Assembly: GCA_043803405.1 (NCBI GenBank)
Contig: JAZDKB010000009.1
Coordinates: forward strand, 85,383 to 149,382
Reading direction: 5' to 3'
DNA length: 64,000 bases
Source of the DNA: Spirochaetota bacterium
GTDB lineage: Bacteria > Spirochaetota > UBA4802 > JAFGDQ01
Shown: piece by piece, positions 10,008 through 17,906 of the stretch
How positions within the stretch are numbered: position 1 is the first letter of the stretch
Layout: each line of letters starts with the position of its first letter
Notes under the pieces: model-generated
Seen by the model: the letters and a program-made list of their open reading frames with translations, nothing else
What the model was told of the DNA's origin: nothing
Databases searched by the model: none
Made by a program: the position numbers and the translations under genes

Positions 10008-10808
10008 ATGCGGAACAAAATAAAAAATATATTTATAATATTTATGTGTGCAATGCTTCCGGTTGCGCTTGCCGTCAGCGCAAGAGCAGCATCCGACGCT
10101 TCTTTTAATACTGTGCCTCTTGCCAAATATTCCGACAAAGTGTATTCCGAAAGCGCGTCGAGATTCCGGATACTTTCAGGCGACAGCGAATTTCTTTTCC
10201 CTGAAACAAGCACGCAAAAAATTATCAGCAAAGGCCGCACCAATAATATTTATTCTTTTTTAGTTCTGACAGGGAAATACGACGAAGCAGCTAAACAGAA
10301 ACCTGGGCCAGCCGCAGATTATCTTTCCGGTACAATATTGCTGAATACCGATGATCCTGAAATAACCAGGCTTAAATATTTGTTTAAAAATTCGGGAAAA
10401 ATAATCGAAGATGTCGAAAACTACGTTTATAAATTTATTTCAAATAAAATATTCGGCATTCCGATTATCAGCGCTTCTGAGATACTCAGAAATAAAAGCG
10501 GCGACTGTACAGAGCATACTGTCCTTGCCGTAACGATTCTCAGGTCGCTTGGAGTGCCGGCGCGTGCACTGGTCGGCATGCTGCTTTCGAAAGAGTTCGA
10601 CGGCAGCAGGAATGTCTTTGTGTATCACATGTGGGCCGAAGCTTTTGTAAACGGCAGATGGGTGCTTGTGGATGCGGCAAATCCGGGAACAAAATATCCG
10701 AACAGATACATTGCGCTCGCTTATCATCATCTCAAAACCGAGATGCCTCTTTCGTATTTGAAGGCAGTTTCTGCCATGAAAAGCTTTTCTATTGAGTATG
10801 CAGAGTAA
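10008..10808 (+). CDS. Secreted transglutaminase-like cysteine protease-fold protein
   Basis: Signal peptide. Transglutaminase-core triad context: 'GDCTEHT' (Cys), 'YHMWAEAF' (His), 'WVLVDAA' (Asp). Confidence 0.8.
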   Translation: MRNKIKNIFIIFMCAMLPVALAVSARAASDASFNTVPLAKYSDKVYSESASRFRILSGDSEFLFPETSTQKIISKGRTNNIYSFLVLTGKYDEAAKQKPGPAADYLSGTILLNTDDPEITRLKYLFKNSGKIIEDVENYVYKFISNKIFGIPIISASEILRNKSGDCTEHTVLAVTILRSLGVPARALVGMLLSKEFDGSRNVFVYHMWAEAFVNGRWVLVDAANPGTKYPNRYIALAYHHLKTEMPLSYLKAVSAMKSFSIEYAE

Positions 10809-10813
10809 TTATA

Positions 10814-11974
10814 CTACTTCTTAAAACGTACCGTTATATCCGCAATCTCCGGCCTTGAGGTTGTGCGCACAGGTGGCCCCCATGTCCCGAATCCGGAAGA
10901 TACATAGAAATGCGTTTTGCCTTTCAGCTTATACCCCATGCTCAGTTCGAATATCAGTGAAGTAATATAATTGAACGGCCATAGCTGGCCGTGATGCGTG
11001 TGCCCGGACAGCTGCAGGTCAACACCCGCGTCTATAGCTTCATTGAGAGCGAACGGCTGATGATCCATAAGAATGACCGGTAAGCTCCGGTCTATACCCT
11101 CGAGTATTTTGTCGAGCGATTCCCTCTTGTGGCCGTTAAACTGTGCAGAGCTTCTGTCGTCGCGACCCGCAATATAAAAATCATCGCCGATTTTAACCGC
11201 CCTGTCCCTGAGCATTGTGATATTATGTTCGGAAAGATATTTTACAGCTTTACCGGAACCGCCAATATACTCATGATTGCCTGTAACAGCAAATACGCCA
11301 TACTTCGACTCGAATTTCCTCAGGGTTTCGCCCAGGTTGTTCTTAATGACAGGAGCAAGATCTTCGTCAACAATATCGCCTGCAAGCAGAATTAAATCCG
11401 GCTTAAGGCTGTTTATTGTATCAACAAGCCTTTCGAGACGCGAGTTGGATATTATTGTGCCGAGATGTATGTCAGTCGCAAGCGCAATACGAAGAGATTT
11501 TAAATCAGGTACGGATTTCTGTATTGTTATTTCGATTTTATTGAGCTTAGGTATGCAGGCATTAACATATCCTGCTATAACAATAATGATACTGACTCCT
11601 GTTACAATTCCAGCGCAAATCAGTTTCGATTTTTCGTAATTATCTGTTACAGCAGCCGGGAAGAAACCGATAAAATGATTAAACGCCCTTGCTAAATCAA
11701 TCAAAAGAATGCTAAAAAAAAGATAAATCATCAGGCCAAGCCAGAATGAACCGCTCCATATAAAAACTCCGCTGCAATCCGGCATGGAAGATCGTTCAAC
11801 TATCCTGCCGGCAACATACGACAGGCTTAAGAATAAAAAAACGATAACATACAGGGTTCTGAATATGTTATCCCTTGGTATTGCCTGCCAGCCGCGCATA
11901 AAAATATAAAAGTTTATCGATCCGTATATAGTTAAAGCGACTGAGATGAATATTAAAAAGTTATATGATTTCAT
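10814..11974 (-). CDS. Membrane-anchored metallophosphoesterase (YkuE/calcineurin-like)
   Basis: Four N-terminal hydrophobic helices, then phosphoesterase motifs 'TDIHLG', 'AGDIVD', 'GNHE', 'GHTHHGQ'. Confidence 0.85.
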   Translation of the reverse strand: MKSYNFLIFISVALTIYGSINFYIFMRGWQAIPRDNIFRTLYVIVFLFLSLSYVAGRIVERSSMPDCSGVFIWSGSFWLGLMIYLFFSILLIDLARAFNHFIGFFPAAVTDNYEKSKLICAGIVTGVSIIIVIAGYVNACIPKLNKIEITIQKSVPDLKSLRIALATDIHLGTIISNSRLERLVDTINSLKPDLILLAGDIVDEDLAPVIKNNLGETLRKFESKYGVFAVTGNHEYIGGSGKAVKYLSEHNITMLRDRAVKIGDDFYIAGRDDRSSAQFNGHKRESLDKILEGIDRSLPVILMDHQPFALNEAIDAGVDLQLSGHTHHGQLWPFNYITSLIFELSMGYKLKGKTHFYVSSGFGTWGPPVRTTSRPEIADITVRFKK

Positions 11975-12028
11975 ATTCTTTATTAAAACTATTACAGTGT
12001 TGTATCGTTTTTAGCAGTTAATATGGCT

Positions 12029-12157
12029 ATAAATTGAAATACATTATAAAATTTTTGAGGACGCCTTTCAGGCCTGATGCAATAACGCTCAAAAATATTT
12101 AAAACGAACGATGAAGGCCTGATTCCGCAGAAAATTTTATAATGTATTTCAATTTAT
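12029..12157. repeat. Perfect 27-bp AT-rich inverted repeat flanking a 75-bp core (MITE-like, or a long hairpin)
   Basis: 'ataaattgaaatacattataaaatttt' at 12029-12055 is the exact reverse complement of 12131-12157. The core contains a direct repeat of 'aggcctgat'. Confidence 0.8.
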
Positions 12158-12182
12158 CAGTAAGCAAAATTTATATTTGAGA

Positions 12183-12800
12183 TTATTTTTTAGGCACGTC
12201 AGAGCTTTGCTTCTTAGCTATCTTTCCCTCGTTGTCTGCCTGGTCAACTTTATACTGCTCCGGCAACGGCTTCCCCGCTACCTTATATGCTCCGAGCGCG
12301 TAATTCTTCGCTGTTCTGCAAACATCGATTATGCTTTTATAATGCTTGGTGGCAAGCGCAGCCTTTGCGTCCTTTATGTTCTGGCTCGAAAGCCTTAAAT
12401 ATTCCACGACCTTTTTATCATTAATGAAATCCACCATGTCTTCGCCTACAGCATCGTTTATCTTTTCAGCCCTGTCAATGTATTTCTTCGCGAGGACTTC
12501 GTAAAGACCATATTGAATTGCAAGATATTTATTATATATTTCTATTGCATCCGTAAACTTTGACTGAATAAACTTTATTTTGCCGAGCTTTATCAGATGC
12601 TCCCCTTTGGCAAAATTTTCAAGATCGGCATTATCCCCGAAATTTTTTACGGATACTTCCAGTCCAAGTATCTCCTTTTCACATCGTTCGCGCAGAGCAG
12701 TTGCATCCGAAAGATCGCTGGAAAAAGCAGGTGCGATGTAAAAAGCAAACATCGCAAGCGACAGCATCAATATTCTGTTTAACTTATAATAATTCAACAT
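12183..12800 (-). CDS. Hypothetical secreted helical protein
   Basis: Signal peptide 'MLSLAMFAFYIAPAFS'. Lys/Ala-rich helical sequence with no recognised motifs. Confidence 0.6.
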   Translation of the reverse strand: MLNYYKLNRILMLSLAMFAFYIAPAFSSDLSDATALRERCEKEILGLEVSVKNFGDNADLENFAKGEHLIKLGKIKFIQSKFTDAIEIYNKYLAIQYGLYEVLAKKYIDRAEKINDAVGEDMVDFINDKKVVEYLRLSSQNIKDAKAALATKHYKSIIDVCRTAKNYALGAYKVAGKPLPEQYKVDQADNEGKIAKKQSSDVPKK

Positions 12801-12869
12801 AAGATACCTCGTTATTATAATATTCAGGGCTTACTGAAAAGGCGATGCAGGGGGAAAAAATTCTCTTTC

Positions 12870-12972
12870 GGCCCCCTAAATCCCCCTGAAGGGGGACTTT
12901 TGGTCTTTTTTGAAGAGTAAAGCTTTTACTTTTTCCGTTTCTAAGTCCCCCTTCAGGGGGATTTAGGGGGCC
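12870..12972. repeat. Perfect 30-bp inverted repeat whose arms each contain a C5-TGAA-G5 palindrome (GC-tract repeat family)
   Basis: 'ggccccctaaatccccctgaagggggactt' at 12870-12899 is the exact reverse complement of 'aagtcccccttcagggggatttagggggcc' at 12943-12972. A related 'gggggaaaaaattctctttcggccccc' starts at 12850. Confidence 0.85.
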
Positions 12973-13235
12973 GGTAGCTTAACAACCTTACTTTTCATAC
13001 AGCCTCGGGATTTAGACGCTTATAGCTGCATTTCGTCATTTTAACTTAATGACATTGCCCTAAATACCAGTACGAAGCCTCCCCGTGGGACTAAAGGGGG
13101 CCATGTGGCTGAAGTAGCACCTGCATACATTTATTACTTTTTTACTAGGCTTACACAAAAATGTGAGTAACAGAAAGCCCTGTTAACTTACATAAATAAG
13201 TACACGAGTTACGGCCAATGTCAATTATTATATGA

Positions 13236-14924
13236 TCAGCCTTCTTTCTTCTGTATCTTTGCCCATGTGTCGCGCAGCTGTACAGTCCTGTTGAAAACCG
13301 GCTTGCCCTGTGAGGAATCAGGATCTGCGCAGAAGTATCCCTGCCTTAAAAACTGGAATATCGCGCCGGCTTTTACATTGCCAAGACCAGGTTCAACCTT
13401 GCATCCTTTTAATGTCTTAAGCGAGTCAGGATTAAGATTTGTTTTATAATCCTCATCACCGCTTTCGGGATTCTCTTTTATGAAAAGATGGCTGTAAAGG
13501 CGCACCTCTGCGTCAGATGCATGTTTTGCGGAAACCCAGTGCAGAGTCCCTTTCACCTTTCGGCTTTCCGACGCCTCCCCGCTTTTGGTAGCAGGGTCAT
13601 AAGTGCAGTGAAGCTCCAGAATCCTGCCGGTCTTTTCGTCTTTAACAACGCGTTCGCATTTAATAATGTACGCGTGTTTTAAACGCACTTCTTTGCCTGG
13701 CGACAGGCGGAAATATTTTTTAGAAGGGATCTCCATAAAGTCTTCTTCTTCTATAAACAATTCTCGCGAAAAAGGAATCTTCCTCGTTCCTGTCGAAGGG
13801 TCCTCTGGATTATTCTCAGCTGCGAGCTCCTCAACCTGACCTTCCGGATAATTATCCAGTATTACTTTCACAGGACGAAGCACAGCCATTACGCGCAGGG
13901 CGCGCCTGTTCAGATCTTCGCGCAGGCAGTGCTCAAGCAAAGCGATATCCACAATGCTGTCAGCCTTTGCCACTCCTATGCGGTCGCAAAAATCCCGTAT
14001 AGCTTCCGGAGTGTAACCGCGCCTTCGCAGTCCCGATATCGTGGGCATGCGCGGATCGTCCCAGCCTTTAACAAATCCTCCCTTGACAAGCTCAAGGAGC
14101 TTGCGCTTGCTCATTACAGTGTAATTAAGGTTAAGGCGCGCGAATTCTATCTGCTGCGGATGGCGTTTCATTCTTACTTCATCAACAAACCAGTCGTAAA
14201 GCGGCCTGTTATTTTCAAACTCAAGAGTGCATATCGAATGAGTGATCTCTTCTATGGAATCTGAAAGGCAATGAGTGAAGTCGTACATGGGATATATGCA
14301 CCATTTATCGCCTGTCCTGTGATGTTCGGATTTCTGTATGCGGTACATGACAGGATCGCGCATATTGATGTTGCCGGACTTCATATCTATTTTGGCGCGA
14401 AGCACATGCTCGCCGTTTGCGAACTCCCCTGCCTTCATGCGTGTAAACAAATCCAGATTTTCCTTAACAGAGCGGTTGCGGAAAGGGCTCTCTTTGCCGG
14501 GCTCCCTGAGCGTGCCGCGGTACTCCCTCATCTCGTCGGCATTCAGATCGCAAACATAAGCCTTGCCTTCTTTAATAAGCTGCACCGCGTATTCATAAAG
14601 CTTGTCGAAATAATCCGAAGCATAATACAAATGCTTTCCCCAGTCAAAGCCCAGCCATTTTACATCTTCCATAATGGAATCAACATATTCCACATCTTCC
14701 TTGCCAGGATTCGTGTCGTCAAAACGGAGATGGCACCTGCCCTTGTACTTTATAGCAAGGCCGAAATTAAGGCATATAGATTTCGCGTGCCCAATGTGCA
14801 GGTAGCCGTTCGGTTCCGGCGGGAAACGCGTAACAACCTCGGCGTTATTTTTTTTGGCCGCAATATCTGCCTCAATTATATTCTCAATAAAATTGAGCGA
14901 CCCTGTGGATTCGTTAGTGTCCAT
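13236..14924 (-). CDS. glnS: Glutaminyl-tRNA synthetase
   Basis: '[11 protein letters not shown]', '[16 protein letters not shown]' (HIGH) and 'VMSKRKL' (KMSKS). The ORF track extends to 14981, but the ATG at 14924 follows GGAG by 6 nt and matches the usual GlnRS N-terminus. Confidence 0.93.
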   Translation of the reverse strand: MDTNESTGSLNFIENIIEADIAAKKNNAEVVTRFPPEPNGYLHIGHAKSICLNFGLAIKYKGRCHLRFDDTNPGKEDVEYVDSIMEDVKWLGFDWGKHLYYASDYFDKLYEYAVQLIKEGKAYVCDLNADEMREYRGTLREPGKESPFRNRSVKENLDLFTRMKAGEFANGEHVLRAKIDMKSGNINMRDPVMYRIQKSEHHRTGDKWCIYPMYDFTHCLSDSIEEITHSICTLEFENNRPLYDWFVDEVRMKRHPQQIEFARLNLNYTVMSKRKLLELVKGGFVKGWDDPRMPTISGLRRRGYTPEAIRDFCDRIGVAKADSIVDIALLEHCLREDLNRRALRVMAVLRPVKVILDNYPEGQVEELAAENNPEDPSTGTRKIPFSRELFIEEEDFMEIPSKKYFRLSPGKEVRLKHAYIIKCERVVKDEKTGRILELHCTYDPATKSGEASESRKVKGTLHWVSAKHASDAEVRLYSHLFIKENPESGDEDYKTNLNPDSLKTLKGCKVEPGLGNVKAGAIFQFLRQGYFCADPDSSQGKPVFNRTVQLRDTWAKIQKKEG

Positions 14925-15135
14925 AAAAAGCTCCATTATTATTCTATAATTAAATGTCTTTTCGGTTATCATTGCTTGCAAGAAATTTTTTTTATATAAC
15001 CTGCAAATTGCTTTAATTCCGTGTTTTTTTACGAAGATTTAACAAAATTGAATATTATTTATGATATTTACCGGAAATTTTGCATAATTTCAATGTTTTT
15101 GCCAGTATTTATGATGTAAAATACCTTACTGATGC

Positions 15136-15282
15136 ACTCATTGTTCATCTAAACGCGATCATAGTCCTTCCGGACATAATCTCTATCCATCCGGACACGA
15201 TTATCATCCTTCAGGACATAGTCACCGCTTATCCAGCCTGTGTCAGCATCTTTCCGGAAGCAGCCACCAAACATCTAATCTA
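15136..15282. repeat. Degenerate tandem array with an exact 21-bp period, built on a TCCGGAC core
   Basis: Units start at 15157, 15178, 15199, 15220 and 15241: GATCATAGTCCTTCCGGACAT / AATCTCTATCCATCCGGACAC / GATTATCATCCTTCAGGACAT / AGTCACCGCTTATCCAGCCTG / TGTCAGCATCTTTCCGGAAGC. More degenerate copies flank them on both sides. Confidence 0.75.
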
Positions 15283-15292
15283 TGTCTTTAGC

Positions 15293-15955
15293 CTAAAACG
15301 CTAAAAGCGCAGCCCTTATGAAGCTTGTAATAGGAGCCTGCTCCCTTGCATCTTCCATTGTTTCACGCAGTTCTTTTATTAAGTCATCCGCGTTATTATA
15401 CACTTTGTTTTCATTGACCAGCTTGCCGAGCGTACCCTGTCCAGTATTTATTTTAGCAGTGATTTCCTGAATATTACTTATGGTCTTGTAAAGATTCGGC
15501 CTGTTCTCGGCAATCAAATCGCTCAGCTCGCTGAACATATCAATAAGTCTTTCGCCTTTCAGATTATTCCTTTCCTTAACAACGGCGTAAGTTCTGCCGT
15601 CTTTAAAAGCAATGCCAGGATCGATACCTACGAACCTTCCGCCAAGCATGGTTTCGGTCCTTACTTTTATTTTGTAGTTTTCATACAATAAAAATTCATG
15701 AAACATTTTCAGTTTAACAAATACAGTATTGTCCGGAAGCAATTTTATTTCTTCAACAGCACCTGCGACAACGCCGTTCACCTTTACTTTGGACGTGGTA
15801 TCGAGCCCTTCAATATTCTGAAAGATTACAGTCATCCTGTAATAATCCCGGGTCTGAAAAATATCGCCGCTCATAATTATGGTAAAATATCCGAGAATGG
15901 AAAGCGCGACAAAAAACAATATGCCTACAGTAACTTCGTTTTTCATTGTAATCAT
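15293..15955 (-). CDS. mlaD: MCE-domain protein, MlaD-like substrate-binding component
   Basis: Single N-terminal TM 'VGILFFVALSILGYFTIIM' followed by the MCE core 'VKVNGVVAGAVEEIKL'. Sits in a cluster with mlaE and mlaF. Confidence 0.85.
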   Translation of the reverse strand: MITMKNEVTVGILFFVALSILGYFTIIMSGDIFQTRDYYRMTVIFQNIEGLDTTSKVKVNGVVAGAVEEIKLLPDNTVFVKLKMFHEFLLYENYKIKVRTETMLGGRFVGIDPGIAFKDGRTYAVVKERNNLKGERLIDMFSELSDLIAENRPNLYKTISNIQEITAKINTGQGTLGKLVNENKVYNNADDLIKELRETMEDAREQAPITSFIRAALLAF

Positions 15956-15992
15956 CCTTATGATGCTTAAATGGTGTTAAGGACTTATATAT

Positions 15993-16021
15993 ATTATAGC
16001 ACCTTAACCAGCTTCTCACCA
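15993..16021 (-). promoter_or_regulatory. Candidate extended -10 promoter (TGCTATAAT) for mlaD
   Basis: The minus strand reads TGcTATAAT at 16001..15993, about 40 nt upstream of the mlaD ATG. The -35 (TGGTGA) is weak. It lies between the arms of a TTAAGG/CCTTAA hairpin. Confidence 0.35.
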
Positions 16022-16327
16022 ATACCCCCTCCCGGCCTGCGGCCAGACTACCTCTTGGCAGCTGACAATCTACCTACATTTTTTCTGAAAGATTTGATAG
16101 TAAACAAATTAAATAAAAAATGTACATCTTTGCCTCTAAGTCCCCCTAAATCCCCCTTAGGGGGACTTAAAAAATTAAAAACAATAAAATACATCGAGTT
16201 GTTATTTGTTTTTAAACCCCCCTAAGGGGGGTTTGGGGGGCGGAAGAAGCACTTCGCCCCCTACATTTTTCACCTCTTTCTCCCATTTCCAATAAATGTG
16301 GGCCGGGAAGGGGTGTTTGGGAGAAAG
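16012..16327. repeat. Composite GC-tract repeat element between mlaF and mlaD, with about 26-nt imperfect terminal inverted repeats and two internal G/C hairpins
   Basis: Left 'cttctcaccaataccccctcccggcc' at 16012-16037. Right 'ggccgggaaggggtgtttgggagaaag' at 16301-16327. Internal 'aagtccccctaaatcccccttagggggactt' at 16138-16168 and 'aaacccccctaaggggggttt' at 16214-16234. Confidence 0.75.
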
Positions 16328-16352
16328 TGCTTAGAAGCTTTCTCTCATCTCC

Positions 16353-17099
16353 TCACGCCACTCTTATAGGCCCAGATATCTGCCCTGTAATGAACTGCCT
16401 CACAACCGCATTTTCAGTATTCCTTATTTTGTCAGGCACATCGCATTGTATAATATCTCCCTGGTAAAGCATTGCGATCCTGTCTGCTATGTAATAGGCG
16501 CTCTCCATGTCGTGCGTCACAACAATCGAAGTAACTCCGAAATCCTTCTGCATACGCCTGATGAGCGCGTTGATGTGCGCCGACATTACAGGATCAAGCC
16601 CGGACGTGGGCTCATCGTACAGAATAATATCCGGATTGCCCACAAGCACCCTTGCAAGCGAAGCCCTTTTCTTCATGCCCCCGCTAATGTCAGACGGCAT
16701 TTTATCAGCCGCGTCCGTTAACTGAAGTATCTCGAGCCTGTCGTTTGTGATCCTCTCGATCTCGTCCGGAGGATACAGCTTGTTTTCGCGCAATGGAAGC
16801 GAAATATTATCCCTTACAGTCATCCAGTTTATCAATGCGCCGGACTGGAAAACAATGCCCATTCTTTTCCGCAGGGTTTCCTTCACGCTGCTTTTCGCGC
16901 CGTTCATTTTTACGCCTTCTATCAGAACATCCCCGGAATCGGGATCAGTCAGGCCCGAAATATGCCGGAGTGTAACAGTCTTCCCCGTGCCGGACTGGCC
17001 TATTATAACAAAAGTTTCGCCCTTTTTAATTTTAAAGCTTATTCCGTTAAGCACCTTGAAAGTATCAAAACTTTTGTGAACATTTACAAGCTCAATCAT
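16353..17099 (-). CDS. mlaF: ABC transporter ATP-binding protein, MlaF-like
   Basis: Walker A 'GQSGTGKT', signature 'ISGGMKKRASLAR', Walker B 'IILYDEPTSGLD', H-loop 'VVTHD'. Confidence 0.9.
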   Translation of the reverse strand: MIELVNVHKSFDTFKVLNGISFKIKKGETFVIIGQSGTGKTVTLRHISGLTDPDSGDVLIEGVKMNGAKSSVKETLRKRMGIVFQSGALINWMTVRDNISLPLRENKLYPPDEIERITNDRLEILQLTDAADKMPSDISGGMKKRASLARVLVGNPDIILYDEPTSGLDPVMSAHINALIRRMQKDFGVTSIVVTHDMESAYYIADRIAMLYQGDIIQCDVPDKIRNTENAVVRQFITGQISGPIRVA

Positions 17100-17104
17100 T
17101 CCTT

Positions 17105-17890
17105 TTATTTCCCGTAAAAAAATGCAGTTATAAAATACCCTGTAATAAGAACCATTAAAAAGGAAGCGACAACAGTAGACCTAGTCGCCTTGCCTACTCC
17201 CATTGCGCCGTTTGCAGCTCTCATTCCCTGGGCGCAGCTTATGGCCGCAATTATAATGCCGAATATATTGGATTTCAAAAGCCCCACATAAGTTGCCTTA
17301 AACCTGAGAGCCTCTACAACGCGGTTGTAATAAACCTCGTAAGGCACTCCAAGCTGGAAATACGAAACAACAGCACCTCCCACAGTACCGAGAGCGATAA
17401 CGTATATTGTCGAGACCGGCACCATAACCGCGAGCGCAACCAGTCTCGGCATAACCAGGAAGCGCACAGGGCTGATGGACATCATCTCAAGAGCGTCAAT
17501 CTCTTCGCTCACTTTCATGGTGGCAATCTCCGCGGCCATGGCAGAACCCACCGAAGCAATAATTATAATGCCTGTCATGAGCGGCCCCATCTCCCTTGTC
17601 ATTGTCGTAATAACAAGATCGCCCACATAATTCTGCTGCTGAAAACGCATCAGCTCAATCCCTGTCTGTAAAGCCAGTATCATCCCGACAAAAACCGCAA
17701 CCAGGGAGCATACAACCAGGCTCTTTACTCCTGCAATGTACATCTGCTTAAAAATTTCCCTGCGCTTGGTGAACGCGCTTTTGCAGTGATAAAACGCCTT
17801 TGCGAGCAATACAATAGTGAACCCGGACAGCTCAACTATATCCATGAATCTTTTGCCCAGCAAATAAAAAAAGTTCGTTAAATAATTCAT
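17105..17890 (-). CDS. mlaE: ABC transporter permease, MlaE-like
   Basis: Polytopic membrane protein with the MlaE-type motif 'EEIDALEMMSISPVRFLVMPR'. 5-nt gap to mlaF. Confidence 0.88.
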   Translation of the reverse strand: MNYLTNFFYLLGKRFMDIVELSGFTIVLLAKAFYHCKSAFTKRREIFKQMYIAGVKSLVVCSLVAVFVGMILALQTGIELMRFQQQNYVGDLVITTMTREMGPLMTGIIIIASVGSAMAAEIATMKVSEEIDALEMMSISPVRFLVMPRLVALAVMVPVSTIYVIALGTVGGAVVSYFQLGVPYEVYYNRVVEALRFKATYVGLLKSNIFGIIIAAISCAQGMRAANGAMGVGKATRSTVVASFLMVLITGYFITAFFYGK

Positions 17891-17906
17891 AGCATTTTCC
17901 GGCAGC

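Noticed and set aside
6508-14924. Co-occurrence of gltX and glnS as something unusual
   Set aside because: Many bacteria encode both GluRS and GlnRS (the direct Gln-tRNA pathway). Nothing in the sequences suggests a non-canonical enzyme.
14271-14999. 242-aa + strand ORF, along with 13929..14264, 13488..13682 and 14338..14559
   Set aside because: All lie entirely antisense within glnS, whose identity is secure from its HIGH/KMSKS motifs. The translated sequences are low-complexity with no motifs. They are shadow ORFs.
15229-15237. 'TTATCCAGC', a near match to the DnaA box TTATCCACA, within a repeat array (possible oriC)
   Set aside because: It is a single imperfect box. No cluster, AT-rich unwinding element or dnaA/dnaN neighbourhood is present, and the other array units do not resemble DnaA boxes.
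15253-15265. 'TCCGGAAGCAGCC', which resembles the SRP (4.5S) RNA helix-8 motif GGUCCGGAAGGAAGCAGCC
   Set aside because: The second GGAA and the complementary 5' strand needed for the conserved helix are absent. The match is part of one unit of the 21-bp array.
15080-15304. 74-aa ORF with a 7-residue periodicity ('IIVLPDI ISIHPDT IIILQDI...')
   Set aside because: The periodicity is a direct consequence of the 21-bp DNA tandem repeat. The ORF has a TTG start and no RBS, and it overlaps the mlaD stop. It is treated as non-coding.
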